The position numbers and the translations under genes were made by a program. A stretch of DNA of 60,890 bases, filler included, from Theionarchaea archaeon (GTDB lineage: Archaea; Methanobacteriota_B; Thermococci; Methanofastidiosales; SZ-28-30), in NCBI GenBank assembly GCA_018992565.1. It is 6 parts of 6 records of this genome, joined end to end, with 100 filler letters (N's around TTAATTAATTAA, not from the genome) between each part and the next. Parts side by side here need not be neighbours in the genome. Positions count along the whole stretch, not along the records: positions 27,522 to 54,677 come from JACVGW010000028.1; 5 more parts are not named here. One strand, 5' to 3'. Shown here one piece after another: positions 44,053-54,777 of the stretch. Under the pieces are notes generated by a model that worked only from the letters and a program-made list of their open reading frames with translations, did no database searches and had not been told where the DNA came from. Numbering within the stretch: the first letter of the stretch is position 1; every line of letters starts with the position of its first letter.

Positions 44053-44922
44053 GTGACAGCTCACCTTGTCTGCTTTGGAGAGCTCCTATGGGACATATAT
44101 GAAGATGGAGAGGAAAACATAGGGGGAGCTCCTTTCAATGTGGCAGCACTGGCTTCACTCACAGGAGTGCAGACACTCATGATAACGGCCGTGGGAACTG
44201 ATGAACGGGGGAAGAAAATTCAGGCAGCTGCCAGCAAGAAGGTTCCACTGATCTGTCAAGTAAATGAGCACAAGACGGGCACGGTGAAGGTTACACGAGA
44301 TCAACATAAAAATCCTGCGTTTCTCATAGCTGAGGATGCAGCCTTCGACTATATTGCCGTTGATAGTGCCATGACACATGTCTGCTCTTCTGCGAAATTC
44401 TTTTGTTTTGGTACACTGGCACAGAGACACGTTGTTTCGAGGAATACCCTAAGGAATCTTCTGAAATCAACAAAAGCAGTAAAGATCTACGATTTTAACT
44501 ACAGAGAGGGGATTGAAAGCTGGGAATCACTCTTTGCTGAATCAGTAGAGATGGCAGACATCCTGAAAATAAATGAGCAGGAATTGGAACTGATCAAGAT
44601 ATTGTACAAGAGCAACGAGTCTGATGACATGGCTGTGACCAGGTTGATGCAACACCATAATTTGCAGTACGTTTTCGTGACAAGAGGTGAGGAAGGAGCT
44701 TCTCTCTATTCTGAGACAGCAGTACTCCACAGAGCTGCTTCTGAAATTCATGTTGTAGATACAACTGGCTGCGGAGATGCCTTCACGGCAGGTATTGTGT
44801 GTTCTCTTTTGAAGAGATTTGATGAAGAGCGGATGCTTGATTATGCTGTTGAACTGGCAGGAAAGGTGGCGGGGATAAAAGGTGCTGTGCCGGAAGAGGA
44901 TGATATTCTGCAAAGATTGTGA
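44053..44922 (+). CDS. PfkB family carbohydrate kinase (fructokinase-like)
   Basis: CFGELLWD, GGAPFNVA, DFNYR, VDTTGCGDAF. Confidence 0.93.
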   Translation: MTAHLVCFGELLWDIYEDGEENIGGAPFNVAALASLTGVQTLMITAVGTDERGKKIQAAASKKVPLICQVNEHKTGTVKVTRDQHKNPAFLIAEDAAFDYIAVDSAMTHVCSSAKFFCFGTLAQRHVVSRNTLRNLLKSTKAVKIYDFNYREGIESWESLFAESVEMADILKINEQELELIKILYKSNESDDMAVTRLMQHHNLQYVFVTRGEEGASLYSETAVLHRAASEIHVVDTTGCGDAFTAGIVCSLLKRFDEERMLDYAVELAGKVAGIKGAVPEEDDILQRL

Positions 44923-45042
44923 AACCGTGCATTGGTGAGAAGTGAACATATTCATCAAAAAATGCATAAGATTCTTTTCCTCATTGAGATGCATTGCATT
45001 CTTTTATACCTTTTGGTTCTTACGTGAAGTAATAGGTAAATA

Positions 45043-45879
45043 ATGCAAGAGATTAGAAACAGTTTTAACAGGTACAATGATTGGACTGTCAATGGTGAAG
45101 CCATCAGTGAAGAAAAGGTGTTGAAAGTCCGCAATGGACAGGCATACTGTGTGATTGATGGCTGTGGAGGGGTAGATATCATGACAGGAAACCCACGCTG
45201 TGATCCAACCAGAAAGCAGGGGTGCGAATCCCAGAATGAATGGAGTGCTGAGGAAATCTCTGATATAGAAGGAAGAATTCACACTGCAGTGACAGTCCCC
45301 GTAGAGACGCAGATAAGAGGTAATCACAGAGTCCTCAACCTTGAAGAAGTCAGGAAATACCTGGAAGATGCCTGGTTGATTGTGTTGATGGATTGCACCT
45401 GTAGAGTGCAAATGAGGAACTGTGACTTCCCCGTTCACACCTGCCTCAGGCTCAATGAACGAGGAGAACAGGCTTTGACAAATGATAGATTAGGAGCGCT
45501 GAATCCCGGGAAAGCCACAGTTGAAGAAGCCCTGGCAATCCTGGACCAATCTCACAAGGCAGGCCTCGTACATTTAGCACTGGCTGTTGATCAGGAAGGA
45601 ATCAATGAGATTTGTAGTTGCTGTTCCTGTTGCTGTCTTGTCCTGTCCGCGGCAGTCCGATCTGGAGCTCTGCGTCAAGTTCTAACCTTCAGTGCTGTGG
45701 CTGTGACTGACAGTTCTAGGTGCATTGGTTGTGGAGTTTGTGTGGAAAGATGTCAGTTTGGTGCAAGAGACATGGGGAATGGTGGAGTGATTTTTGATCC
45801 AAATCAGTGTTCAGGATGTGGATTGTGTGTGTCCACCTGCCCAGCAGAAGCCATAACTCTAGAGAAAAAGGGTATCTGA
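45043..45879 (+). CDS. 4Fe-4S dicluster domain protein (start may be ATG 45181)
   Basis: CTCR...C...C, GLVH, ICSCCSCCC, two CxxCxxCxxxC motifs. Confidence 0.88.
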   Translation: MQEIRNSFNRYNDWTVNGEAISEEKVLKVRNGQAYCVIDGCGGVDIMTGNPRCDPTRKQGCESQNEWSAEEISDIEGRIHTAVTVPVETQIRGNHRVLNLEEVRKYLEDAWLIVLMDCTCRVQMRNCDFPVHTCLRLNERGEQALTNDRLGALNPGKATVEEALAILDQSHKAGLVHLALAVDQEGINEICSCCSCCCLVLSAAVRSGALRQVLTFSAVAVTDSSRCIGCGVCVERCQFGARDMGNGGVIFDPNQCSGCGLCVSTCPAEAITLEKKGI

Positions 45880-45901
45880 TGCTTCTCATGTATATTTCCA
45901 C

Positions 45902-47317
45902 TCATACAGATCTATGAGGCTCATACTGGTAAATGTCCCAGCCTAGATACGTGGAAGCAGCCTCCTGTATGACAGGGGCCACATGATCTCTTACCAGAGC
46001 AACATGATGGGCAAATCCATTTCTGGTGACATGATCCAGCAGTGATTGCAGTCCTTCAACCTTCAAAATGCCATATGAGCCGAACGTATCTATGTCATCA
46101 TCTGTGATGACGCCTTCGGCGACATACCCTTTGATCTTCCCGTTTACATCATCAGTTTCCAGCCTGAATAGCGTCACTGGTCCTGCCTTCATCTTCCCGC
46201 TTAGTGATCCGTAGAATCCCTGCATCTCGTGGCAGGTCAGTCTAGGGCATTTTTCGAAGAAATGGGGTGCAAATGCACTGCAGTGGAAGAGTACACACTT
46301 TTCAGGGTCGTCTCCATAGTTGTTGTTGAAGTCTGCAAGAGCTGCAGGTAGGCTTGAGGCAAGCTGGAGTGCATACATGGAGAGGGATCCCATGACATCT
46401 GTTTCGCACGCAGCGGGGACAAGAGAGTCTGAACATAAGGCCATGGCAGCACAGGGGACTATTTCATAGTATTTCTCTATCGCTGGCCAACAATTGAAAG
46501 AGACTGCATTGAGTTCATTTTCCTGAACCCATTTCAGGATAACGGCAGTTAGCTTGGCAGTTTTGGCTAGAGATTCTGGAGGGACATTCTCTAACATGAA
46601 TAACTGGTCCATCTGGGTTCGTATTCTTCTGACTTCAGGTGAAGTGTTCTCTAATTCTCGTGCTCGACCCACGATTTCCATGAGATTGATGACTTCGAGT
46701 GCTATCCCAGTTCTCTCCAAGAGCTTCTCGCTGTATCGAACAGTCTGGAAAGCATTTGGTCTTACCCCGATAGCGCCCAATCGGGCATTTCTCAGTCCTT
46801 TCACAGTGCGACAGACTCTTGCGAATTGAAGCACATCATCTCGAAATTGCTGGGAACTTGGAGCCTCTACATGGGATGTCGTATTGGTGAAGGGTATCCC
46901 ATATTGACACAGGTTATTGCTTACAGAGATTTTGCCACAAAAGGAATCCCTGCGGTGTGGTCCATCCATTTTTCCCAGTTCATCAGGGAACCCATGAATC
47001 AGGATGGGGACATCCAGGCTAAGAAGTCTCAAGGTTTCAGCTATCCCTTTTTCATCACCAAAATTGGGAAGGGTAACTACTACACCGTCAATCTTATCTG
47101 CATTTTTCCTGAGGACTTGCGCACATGCTTTTGAGTCATCTCGAGTCTGGACGCTTCCTTTGCCCGTCTCTTCTGAGGAACTGGTCACTATAGTGAATCC
47201 CATATCCTTCAGGATTCTGATGACTTCTTTTCCCCCTTCTTCTGCTAGTTCATCTGGAAAGCAGTCTCTATTACCAACGATAACTGCAAGAGTTTCAGCG
47301 TTGTGAGTGGTCTTCAT
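45902..47317 (-). CDS. L-fucose/L-arabinose isomerase family protein
   Basis: NFGDE, RRDSFCGK, CW, ACETD, FHCS, GFAHH. Confidence 0.88.
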   Translation of the reverse strand: MKTTHNAETLAVIVGNRDCFPDELAEEGGKEVIRILKDMGFTIVTSSSEETGKGSVQTRDDSKACAQVLRKNADKIDGVVVTLPNFGDEKGIAETLRLLSLDVPILIHGFPDELGKMDGPHRRDSFCGKISVSNNLCQYGIPFTNTTSHVEAPSSQQFRDDVLQFARVCRTVKGLRNARLGAIGVRPNAFQTVRYSEKLLERTGIALEVINLMEIVGRARELENTSPEVRRIRTQMDQLFMLENVPPESLAKTAKLTAVILKWVQENELNAVSFNCWPAIEKYYEIVPCAAMALCSDSLVPAACETDVMGSLSMYALQLASSLPAALADFNNNYGDDPEKCVLFHCSAFAPHFFEKCPRLTCHEMQGFYGSLSGKMKAGPVTLFRLETDDVNGKIKGYVAEGVITDDDIDTFGSYGILKVEGLQSLLDHVTRNGFAHHVALVRDHVAPVIQEAASTYLGWDIYQYEPHRSV

Positions 47318-47461
47318 GTAGATCTACCCTAAATGAGTTCTCCAGGCCTTTACTTATATGGTTTTCTCAATATGTTGCTGAAGCATGGAGAATAAATCAT
47401 CATTGTTATTCTTGGAATACGAAAAAGATGCAGAAGTCAATAATCTCTTTTCACCGAAAAT

Positions 47462-48289
47462 TCACTGAGAATCTTCCCACAACATTCTGATTTCCTCTGT
47501 CGGCAAGACAGTCTCTGCTGCTCGGGCGTTAGCTTTGACGTGATCGATAGTAACCGTCTTTGGTATGGTAATGACTCCCTCCATAGAAACGAGCCAGGAA
47601 AGTGCAACTTGTTGTATGGTGACATTGTACTTCTCAGCAACAAGGGTAAGCTTCTTCTGCTGCTCATCTGCAATAGTGGCCAGCCCTCTGTGACCCAAGG
47701 GACTGTATGCTGTCAATGTAATTTTCTCTTTCCGATAGAATGGCAAGTCCTTGAGATGCTTCTGGGCTGTTACACTGGCCTTCACCTGATTCGTTACCAG
47801 CTCCGTCTTCTTCAAAGCATGCATCGCTATCTCTACCTGATTCACAGAGTAATTACTCACTCCTATGAACCGTGTCTTCCCCTCTTCAACCAATGCTTCA
47901 AGGGCTCTCATGTGCTTCTCAATAGACACAACAGGATTTGGCCAGTGCACCAGGTATAAATCAAGGTAATCCAGGTGCAGCCTCTCGAGACTCTTGTAAG
48001 CAGCCTTTTTTATGCTGTTATGAAAAAACCGAAAGGGGAATAGCTTGCTGGCAATAAAAAGTTCATCACGGGGGTATTCTTTCACCACTTCACCCACAAT
48101 TCGTTCTGCCATTCCCATCCCATACACTTCAGCTGTATCAATATGAGTCATCCCCAGAGATATGCCCTGATGGAGTACCCGTTTCCACTGTTGATAGTAC
48201 TCTGCTGATTTCCAGCGAGAGAGGCCCCAGGTACCCTGCCCGATGACAGGAATTTTCTCACCCGTCTTTCCCAGTTCTACTGCTCTCAT
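47462..48289 (-). CDS. Aldo/keto reductase
   Basis: IGQGTW, IDTAEVY, DLYLVHWP, IGVSN, AYSPL, IPK. Confidence 0.95.
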   Translation of the reverse strand: MRAVELGKTGEKIPVIGQGTWGLSRWKSAEYYQQWKRVLHQGISLGMTHIDTAEVYGMGMAERIVGEVVKEYPRDELFIASKLFPFRFFHNSIKKAAYKSLERLHLDYLDLYLVHWPNPVVSIEKHMRALEALVEEGKTRFIGVSNYSVNQVEIAMHALKKTELVTNQVKASVTAQKHLKDLPFYRKEKITLTAYSPLGHRGLATIADEQQKKLTLVAEKYNVTIQQVALSWLVSMEGVITIPKTVTIDHVKANARAAETVLPTEEIRMLWEDSQ

Positions 48290-48378
48290 GAGAGTATTTC
48301 TTCTGCGATATACTTATACATTTCTCTTTCACAAACGACAGACCACAAAATGTACCAGCATGATGATAATCGATTGGC

Positions 48379-49146
48379 TTAGAATTTCTTCATCTGTTCT
48401 TCCAGCATAATTCGTGCTTCACGAGAGAACCAGCACTCCAGAAATATCTTCTCTTTTTCTTCAAGATGCTGCAGAATCTGTCTTTCAACTGGCTCTGTGC
48501 GATCTCTTTTAATCGCAACACGTGCTTTCTCAGGCAGAGCACCCAGCACCGTGGCTTTTTCCTCACAGAGAGGCACAACCTCTTCAAGCTGTGTTACACA
48601 GTCCACAATGCCCATCTTGAGTGACTCCTCAGGCAAGTAAAACTCACCAAAATCAGTAATCGTACGGGCAAGGCGCGTCCCTACAATGCTTCGCAGGATA
48701 CAGTCAACAGGATAAGGAATAGGAACACCAAGCTTCACCTCATTCAACCCCATGAGCTTTTTTCCGTCAGCAATGTACCGATAATCACAGCAAAGAGCCA
48801 GGATACACCCTCCTGCAACTGCATGTCCTGTTACCGCTGCTATCGTGGGCATTGGCAGCGTGTACAAATCTACCTGTAATCCGGTGAATGCACGATAGAA
48901 TTCAGCAAAACCCTCCCTATCAAGATAATAGAGCTCAGGTATATCCCACCCAATGGAGAAAAACTTGTCATTGGAACTGCAGAGTATGAGGCTCTTGCTG
49001 GTTTTCTGCACCTCTTTCAGAGTCTCCCGTAATTTCTGGGTGAGTCCCAGGTTGATGGCATTCGTTTTTCCGCGATTGAGTCTTACCAGAGCTACATCGC
49101 CATGGTACTCGATACTCACAAGTTCTATATCACCTTCTCTTCCCAT
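48379..49146 (-). CDS. Enoyl-CoA hydratase/isomerase (crotonase)
   Basis: NAIN, FFSIGWD, GHAVAGGCILALCCDYR, GLNEVKLG. Confidence 0.93.
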   Translation of the reverse strand: MGREGDIELVSIEYHGDVALVRLNRGKTNAINLGLTQKLRETLKEVQKTSKSLILCSSNDKFFSIGWDIPELYYLDREGFAEFYRAFTGLQVDLYTLPMPTIAAVTGHAVAGGCILALCCDYRYIADGKKLMGLNEVKLGVPIPYPVDCILRSIVGTRLARTITDFGEFYLPEESLKMGIVDCVTQLEEVVPLCEEKATVLGALPEKARVAIKRDRTEPVERQILQHLEEKEKIFLECWFSREARIMLEEQMKKF

Positions 49147-49457
49147 AGTCTTTCCACCTGCCAGCACCTTAGTGGCAGTTGCTTTTATCATTTTCTGTTG
49201 GACAAGAAGAGTATTCACAATGGCTAGAAACCAAGAGTCAATCTTCCCGTGGCCAACCTCTGGAAGAGGACGTGTGGTATGAAGGTTGCCCCACAAGGGT
49301 GTGGGTATGCTTATATGGATGAATGGAAAATGTAGATCAGTATTCATGCTCGTGATGAAGATACACACGGACGACACAGACCTTCTCGGTAGAAATGAGA
49401 AAAAGGAGGCCTGTGAAAACAATTGAAGAGTGTTCTAGAAGATGAGAAGGTGTAACA

Positions 49458-50456
49458 ATGGATGAGAAGAAATTCAGAGTATTCATGGAAAAAAACAACG
49501 CAGACGAGAAAACAATCGAAAGGTCTATTGCACTGATAAAGGAATTTGATGGCTTTCTCAAGGAGAGAGGGACTACGGTTGATAGAGCCTCTGCAAAGGA
49601 TTTCTATCGCTATTCTGCACATCTGGTAGAGCAGGGGAAGAATACCCTTGAAACCTACCTGAGCATCCTTCGCTACGGCATCTTTGCAAATTCTGCCCTC
49701 TATGTTGCAGCAATGGAGGTTCTCGATGGAAGAGAAGTGATGGAAAACCTATCCAGACGATTGACTGATGAATTTGGTGAAGATATGAGGACCCGTATCT
49801 TTGAGGAGATATCCCTCCCCCAATTAGGAATATCTCCAGATGAAAAGCCCGAATACACCAAGAAGATCTTGCCCAGGCTTGAAAGAGCCCTTGGTGTTGA
49901 GCGCTGTCGTCAATTCCTCAACAAAGGATTGAGAGATCGCTATGAACAATGGCGTAAACCTGACAGAGAAAAATTCCTCAAATCAAAGAATATTGATGAA
50001 TTTCTCAAAAATAAGCGTTCTGAATATATTCAGGAGCTTGAGAAGCATTTTGAGGAGGGAAGCCTCTATTTCACACAGGAAATCACTGGTCCAGTGCTTG
50101 AATTCATAAAGAATGATCCATATATCGAAGGTGGTGTCCGCAAAGGAGATGTACTCATTGTGAGGAAGGTGCCGCATATGGCAAAGGAGTACTTGAGAGA
50201 GACTGATGAACAGAAGAAGCGTTACTACTACTGTCACTGTCCATGGGTGAAGGACGCCCTGTTGAAGTCATCGCAACCGGTTTCTCCCGTTTTCTGTAAC
50301 TGCAGTGCAGGATACTACAGAGCGTACTGGGAAATCGTCCTTGACCAACCAATAGAAGTTGACGTTACAAAGTCCATTCTGAGTGGAGACCTCATATGTG
50401 AGTTCGCTGTTCATTTACCGAGAGAGGTCGTGGAGGCCGCAGAAAAATCTGAATGA
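49458..50456 (+). CDS. DUF6144-like Cys-motif protein (V4R-like C-terminus)
   Basis: YCHCPW, FCNCSAGY, V.VTKSILSGD..CEF. Confidence 0.7.
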   Translation: MDEKKFRVFMEKNNADEKTIERSIALIKEFDGFLKERGTTVDRASAKDFYRYSAHLVEQGKNTLETYLSILRYGIFANSALYVAAMEVLDGREVMENLSRRLTDEFGEDMRTRIFEEISLPQLGISPDEKPEYTKKILPRLERALGVERCRQFLNKGLRDRYEQWRKPDREKFLKSKNIDEFLKNKRSEYIQELEKHFEEGSLYFTQEITGPVLEFIKNDPYIEGGVRKGDVLIVRKVPHMAKEYLRETDEQKKRYYYCHCPWVKDALLKSSQPVSPVFCNCSAGYYRAYWEIVLDQPIEVDVTKSILSGDLICEFAVHLPREVVEAAEKSE

Positions 50457-50491
50457 ACCCTGAATTCGTCTCCAGATACTCCTCATTATAG

Positions 50492-50851
50492 TCACGATGG
50501 AGTCTGACGTACTGCGCAGTCTGAGAATGAATCCGCACTAGAAATCTCCCACCTATGGCAATCTCTATCAGCACAAAAAGTATATCGAATCTGTCTATAT
50601 TCTGCTGCTTTCAATTCATCAAGACGTGCCTCAAGTATGTGGATATGCTTTTCTGCTCCGCTGCCCCGCAGGAGGGCTTTTACCTTCTCAAGTTCGCTTT
50701 CTGCAGTCAATACGCATTCTTGTTCCAGACATGCCTGAGCCATAACTGGAGAGATGTACCCTGTAGCATACTTACTTGAGAGTACTATCATATCCTCATC
50801 GACCAGCGCTTCCATTTCCTCCTGCAGTACTCTGAATAGTGGAATTCTCAT
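50492..50851 (-). CDS. Hypothetical protein
   Basis: 119-aa ORF filling the gap between convergent genes; no motif recognised. Confidence 0.4.
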   Translation of the reverse strand: MRIPLFRVLQEEMEALVDEDMIVLSSKYATGYISPVMAQACLEQECVLTAESELEKVKALLRGSGAEKHIHILEARLDELKAAEYRQIRYTFCADRDCHRWEISSADSFSDCAVRQTPS

Positions 50852-50929
50852 TTCAATAGTACGAAAGTCTGAGGCAGGTATCCTGCAAAAGTATTTATGG
50901 ATCAGATAGCATGATGGGTGGGATGTAAC

Positions 50930-51181
50930 ATGAATTCCTCGGAATCTAAAAGCACAGAGAGAAAACTCACGCCGCTGGGTTATTTCATTTCCATAAGTGG
51001 AATGCTGCTGGCCCTCATTGCCTACTTTCTTCTTGGAATAGACAGTCTATTCCTCCGACTGAGGGGTGTTATGGGATTGAATGACGTTGCGTGGATGTCC
51101 ATTGGCGGCATGATCTGGATTTTTATAGTCATGGCAATCCTGACGCCAGTAGTACTGAAATGGGGCAGGCGTCCCTCGTAG
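50930..51181 (+). CDS. Small two-TM membrane protein
   Basis: Two hydrophobic helices; TATA-like TATTTATG upstream. Confidence 0.6.
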   Translation: MNSSESKSTERKLTPLGYFISISGMLLALIAYFLLGIDSLFLRLRGVMGLNDVAWMSIGGMIWIFIVMAILTPVVLKWGRRPS

Positions 51182-51624
51182 TCCATCCATTTGAAAAGAA
51201 AAAAGTGTTCAGATCACGTAGCCGACTCAGCACCGTAGAGTCGTCCTCTTCTGTGCGAGGAAACCCTTCGAGGGGAGATATCAAGATGAAAAGGAAAAGA
51301 GTCATGAAAGTATGTCTATTTACAGGTATGTTGCTTATTCTGAGTTCTGGTTCTATACGTGCATGCAACCTGAGATTGAATTTGAACCTGAGACTGCCCC
51401 CGAATCTGCAGGTTTATTACGCTCCATCGTACTCGGTCTGGTTCTCATAGGTGCCATCCTACGTATTGGCTACACGGTTAAACACGCACATAGATAGAAG
51501 CTCCTGGAATGGAGAGAATTNNNNNNNNNNNNNNNNNNNNNNNNNNNNNNNNNNNNNNNNNNNNNNNNNNNNNNNNNNNNNNNNNNNNNNNNNNNNNNNN
51601 NNNNNNNNNNNNNNNNNNNNTTTT

Positions 51625-52296
51625 CTATTTCTTTCTCATGATGAAATACGCTGATCCATATTGAACCGGATTTGCCTTAACCATATCTATCTCCCGTTGT
51701 TCACTATCACACAGCGAGAGAATTTCGGGATCAATACTGCATTTTTCCTGGATCTTGATAACATATCTCTCTAATGGCCCATAGTACTCTCTCCACCACG
51801 TATCACCAGACACAATGAAGCTGCCAATAAGGTGGTACCCAGAACGAGATATCTGGTTGCATTTTTCTGCAAAATCCTTTTCTTCATCGTGAACGACCAA
51901 GAACCCTTCTGGTCGGAGAATCCGACTCCACTCCCGGAGTGCTCTTGCGAAGCCAATGGCGAAAATAGAGCCCTCAGACCATATCACATCGAAGTCTTCA
52001 TCTGGAAAATCCAGGTGAAACAGTGAGCAATTGAGAGTATGAACCCGATCTGAAAGCCCTGCTTCACTGATCTTTTCTTCAAGACTATTGAGGTGTGACT
52101 GGTCAATATCCACAGCAAGTATCTGCCCGTTGCATAAGTGAGCAAGTTCAATTGTGGGGATTCCCGAACCACACCCAATATCAAGAATGCGAGGGTCTTC
52201 TAACCTGGGAAGCATCCTGAAGGCCTTTCTTGTGTATGTGATCAAGTTCTTTCTAAGCATATCTTTTTCTCGCCTGAATGCATGTACACTTTCCAT
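51625..52296 (-). CDS. Class I SAM-dependent methyltransferase
   Basis: ILDIGCGSG, FDVIWSEGS, LRPEG, WWREYY.PL. Confidence 0.92.
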   Translation of the reverse strand: MESVHAFRREKDMLRKNLITYTRKAFRMLPRLEDPRILDIGCGSGIPTIELAHLCNGQILAVDIDQSHLNSLEEKISEAGLSDRVHTLNCSLFHLDFPDEDFDVIWSEGSIFAIGFARALREWSRILRPEGFLVVHDEEKDFAEKCNQISRSGYHLIGSFIVSGDTWWREYYGPLERYVIKIQEKCSIDPEILSLCDSEQREIDMVKANPVQYGSAYFIMRKK

Positions 52297-52741
52297 TATG
52301 CCTTCCAATATTCCTGAGCACATAAATATTCCCATCTTGCGGCGACAGCACCTTCATGACAAAATCTCCATGGGGAGTTGGAGCAGGAGAAGAAGAGTGC
52401 TGAAGGCATACTCAGGAGGGGAGAAGTGAGTTCTATGTGCCTGCAGTATCATCTCTCCCTTTTTCACCAGCCTTTGGGAGGTTATATATGTGTTAGATTT
52501 CAGTGTTCTTTGAGGTAAGTTGTCAATACACTGTGAAGTGAATAACGAAACACCCCATGACCTGGAGCATACTCGTTCGATTCCACAGAATATCATGCAG
52601 GTGTATTCAAGCTCTCCCGAGGAAGAAAGTCTTAAGGGACGTGCTGTCAGGCTCTGAATCGAAGACTCCCTCTGGGATACCGCAGTCCAGTTCATATGGG
52701 GGGTTATGCTGGTGAACCTGAACATGTTGGAGGAATAAAAA

Positions 52742-53101
52742 GTGAACAGGATAACGCTACAGGGCAAATTGGATCTCATCCACGAATTCTGGACTCCCAA
52801 GATTATTGCAGAACTCAATGGACAATATGTGAAGCTGGCAAAAGCAAAGGGAGAGATGGTCTGGCACAGCCACCAAGACGAAGATGAGCTGTTCCTCGTC
52901 ATAAGAGGTAAGCTGACAATCGAACTGCGAGACAGAGAAATCAACCTTACAGAAGGAGACATCTTCATTGTGCCAAAAGGAATTGAGCACAGACCGATTG
53001 CACGGGAAGAAGCCCACATATTGTTGTTCGAACCTATAGAAACAAAGCACACAGGCAACATCAGGAGCACAATGACAGTAGAAAATCTGGAATGGATCTG
53101 A
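52742..53101 (+). CDS. Cupin domain protein
   Basis: WHSHQDEDELF, VPKGIEHRP. Confidence 0.92.
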   Translation: MNRITLQGKLDLIHEFWTPKIIAELNGQYVKLAKAKGEMVWHSHQDEDELFLVIRGKLTIELRDREINLTEGDIFIVPKGIEHRPIAREEAHILLFEPIETKHTGNIRSTMTVENLEWI

Positions 53102-53184
53102 GATTTGGTGGCGATTCCACTAGTAGAACATGAATCTCAATGTGTTCTCATGCCATGTAGAAGTGCTTTGAAGAGAGGCTGGAC

Positions 53185-54090
53185 ATGAGAAAAGGCTTTA
53201 TGGCAAGAAATCTTGAGGACCCTGTGAAAGAAGAGCGCTTCTTACAAAGAATCAAAGAAGAGTTTCCAGACATCACATGGAAGACCTATCGCTACATCAC
53301 TCAAGGGTGGGACCATGTGGTCCTCATCCTTGATGAGACTATCGTTTTTCGTGCACCTAAGGACATGCTCTACAGGAACGAATTCAAGAATGAAATACGA
53401 TTACTTCAGTATCTAAAGAAGAAAGTCAATCTAGGTATTCCTGACTATATATATGTATCCAGAGATGGATCATTTGCAGGATATAATCTGGTGAAGGGGC
53501 AGGAACTCACGACTTCTCAGTTTCAGAACTTAACTGCCTCTGAGAAGGAGACTGCTGCCAACCAACTTGCTGAATTCATCACTACCCTTCACGCAACACC
53601 ACAGTCCGTTCTCAAGAGGTGCCAGGTCAGGACAGAAAACCTAGAAGAAATGTATGAAGAACTCGTTCGAGACACAAGAGCCCTTCTCTATCCTCGACTC
53701 CCAGAAAAGTATATTCAATCAATCGAACAATACTTTGATGAACTAGAGACTGCTCTTGGTGGCAATCACCCGAAGGCACTGGTTCACAATGATCTGGGAT
53801 GGGAACACATTCTATGGGACAGTCAGAAAAAACAGATCAACATCATTGACTTCAGCGATCGCTCTCTGGGTGATCCAGCAATCGATTTTACGGGGTTACA
53901 GGAGTATGGCATGGCATTTACAACCCAGGTTTTCGAGCTATACAGGGGGAAAAAGGATGAAGACATGCTCTATCGATCTGAACTGTATTTCAAGAGGGTT
54001 CCGCTCTATTTCATGAAAGATGCATTGCAGGGATATCCCTGCACGTTTGAGGAGGGATATGAGGCTCTAAAAAACCAATTCAAAGCATGA
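53185..54090 (+). CDS. Aminoglycoside phosphotransferase/kinase-like protein
   Basis: GWDH, VFR.P, LVHNDL..HIL, IIDF.D...GDPAIDF. Confidence 0.88.
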   Translation: MRKGFMARNLEDPVKEERFLQRIKEEFPDITWKTYRYITQGWDHVVLILDETIVFRAPKDMLYRNEFKNEIRLLQYLKKKVNLGIPDYIYVSRDGSFAGYNLVKGQELTTSQFQNLTASEKETAANQLAEFITTLHATPQSVLKRCQVRTENLEEMYEELVRDTRALLYPRLPEKYIQSIEQYFDELETALGGNHPKALVHNDLGWEHILWDSQKKQINIIDFSDRSLGDPAIDFTGLQEYGMAFTTQVFELYRGKKDEDMLYRSELYFKRVPLYFMKDALQGYPCTFEEGYEALKNQFKA

Positions 54091-54218
54091 AATACCATGA
54101 TATCATGAATCTGTGCCAATTTCCTTCATCTCTGAAAGCAGTATTCTGTCAGTTCCGGGGAAATTGCCACGTGTCCATTGTCTTCCTCACTATGGAATTT
54201 CTCTCACATACTTGTGAA

Positions 54219-54677
54219 TCATCCGCCTTCAACAAAGTGAGCAGGAATCTCGACAGTGTGGACACAGCAGTCGTCCCCTTTGAGTATGGACTTTGTAAGC
54301 CCTACACGAAGAGGTTCTCCCAGAATGCCTTCCCACAGTTGCCTATCCCATCCTCCGGAGCAGCAACATATGGTGGGTGATATTTCCAAGTTGGCTTTCC
54401 GCACCACGGGACAGTGACAGTAGGCATTCCTTTTTTCCTGTTCAGTTTGAGCCACCCTGTGGGCCTTGGGGTTGAAAGGAACCTTGGTGATGTGGATGAA
54501 GGTTCCCACCCGTTCTGGATAATCATAATAGGGGACGCCTCCCCAGGATGTATCCTTCAGCATTTCTTCAATGAGCTTATCAATGCTGCCCAGTTGCTGA
54601 AACAGGGTTTTCATCTCACGTATGCGCTTCTTTGGGTATGTATGGGGACAGGTGGCCACCAGTATGTCATTTCTCTT
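54219..54677 (-). CDS. DUF6144-like paralog (5' truncated)
   Basis: YCHCPVVR, ICCCSGGW, TKSILKGDDCC align with 49458-50456. Confidence 0.7.
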   Translation of the reverse strand, partial: KRNDILVATCPHTYPKKRIREMKTLFQQLGSIDKLIEEMLKDTSWGGVPYYDYPERVGTFIHITKVPFNPKAHRVAQTEQEKRNAYCHCPVVRKANLEISPTICCCSGGWDRQLWEGILGEPLRVGLTKSILKGDDCCVHTVEIPAHFVEGG

Positions 54678-54777
54678 NNNNNNNNNNNNNNNNNNNNNNN
54701 NNNNNNNNNNNNNNNNNNNNNTTAATTAATTAANNNNNNNNNNNNNNNNNNNNNNNNNNNNNNNNNNNNNNNNNNNN

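Noticed and set aside
53185..54090. APH-like gene as antibiotic resistance determinant
   Set aside because: Fold assignment only; substrate cannot be inferred and there is no mobile-element context.
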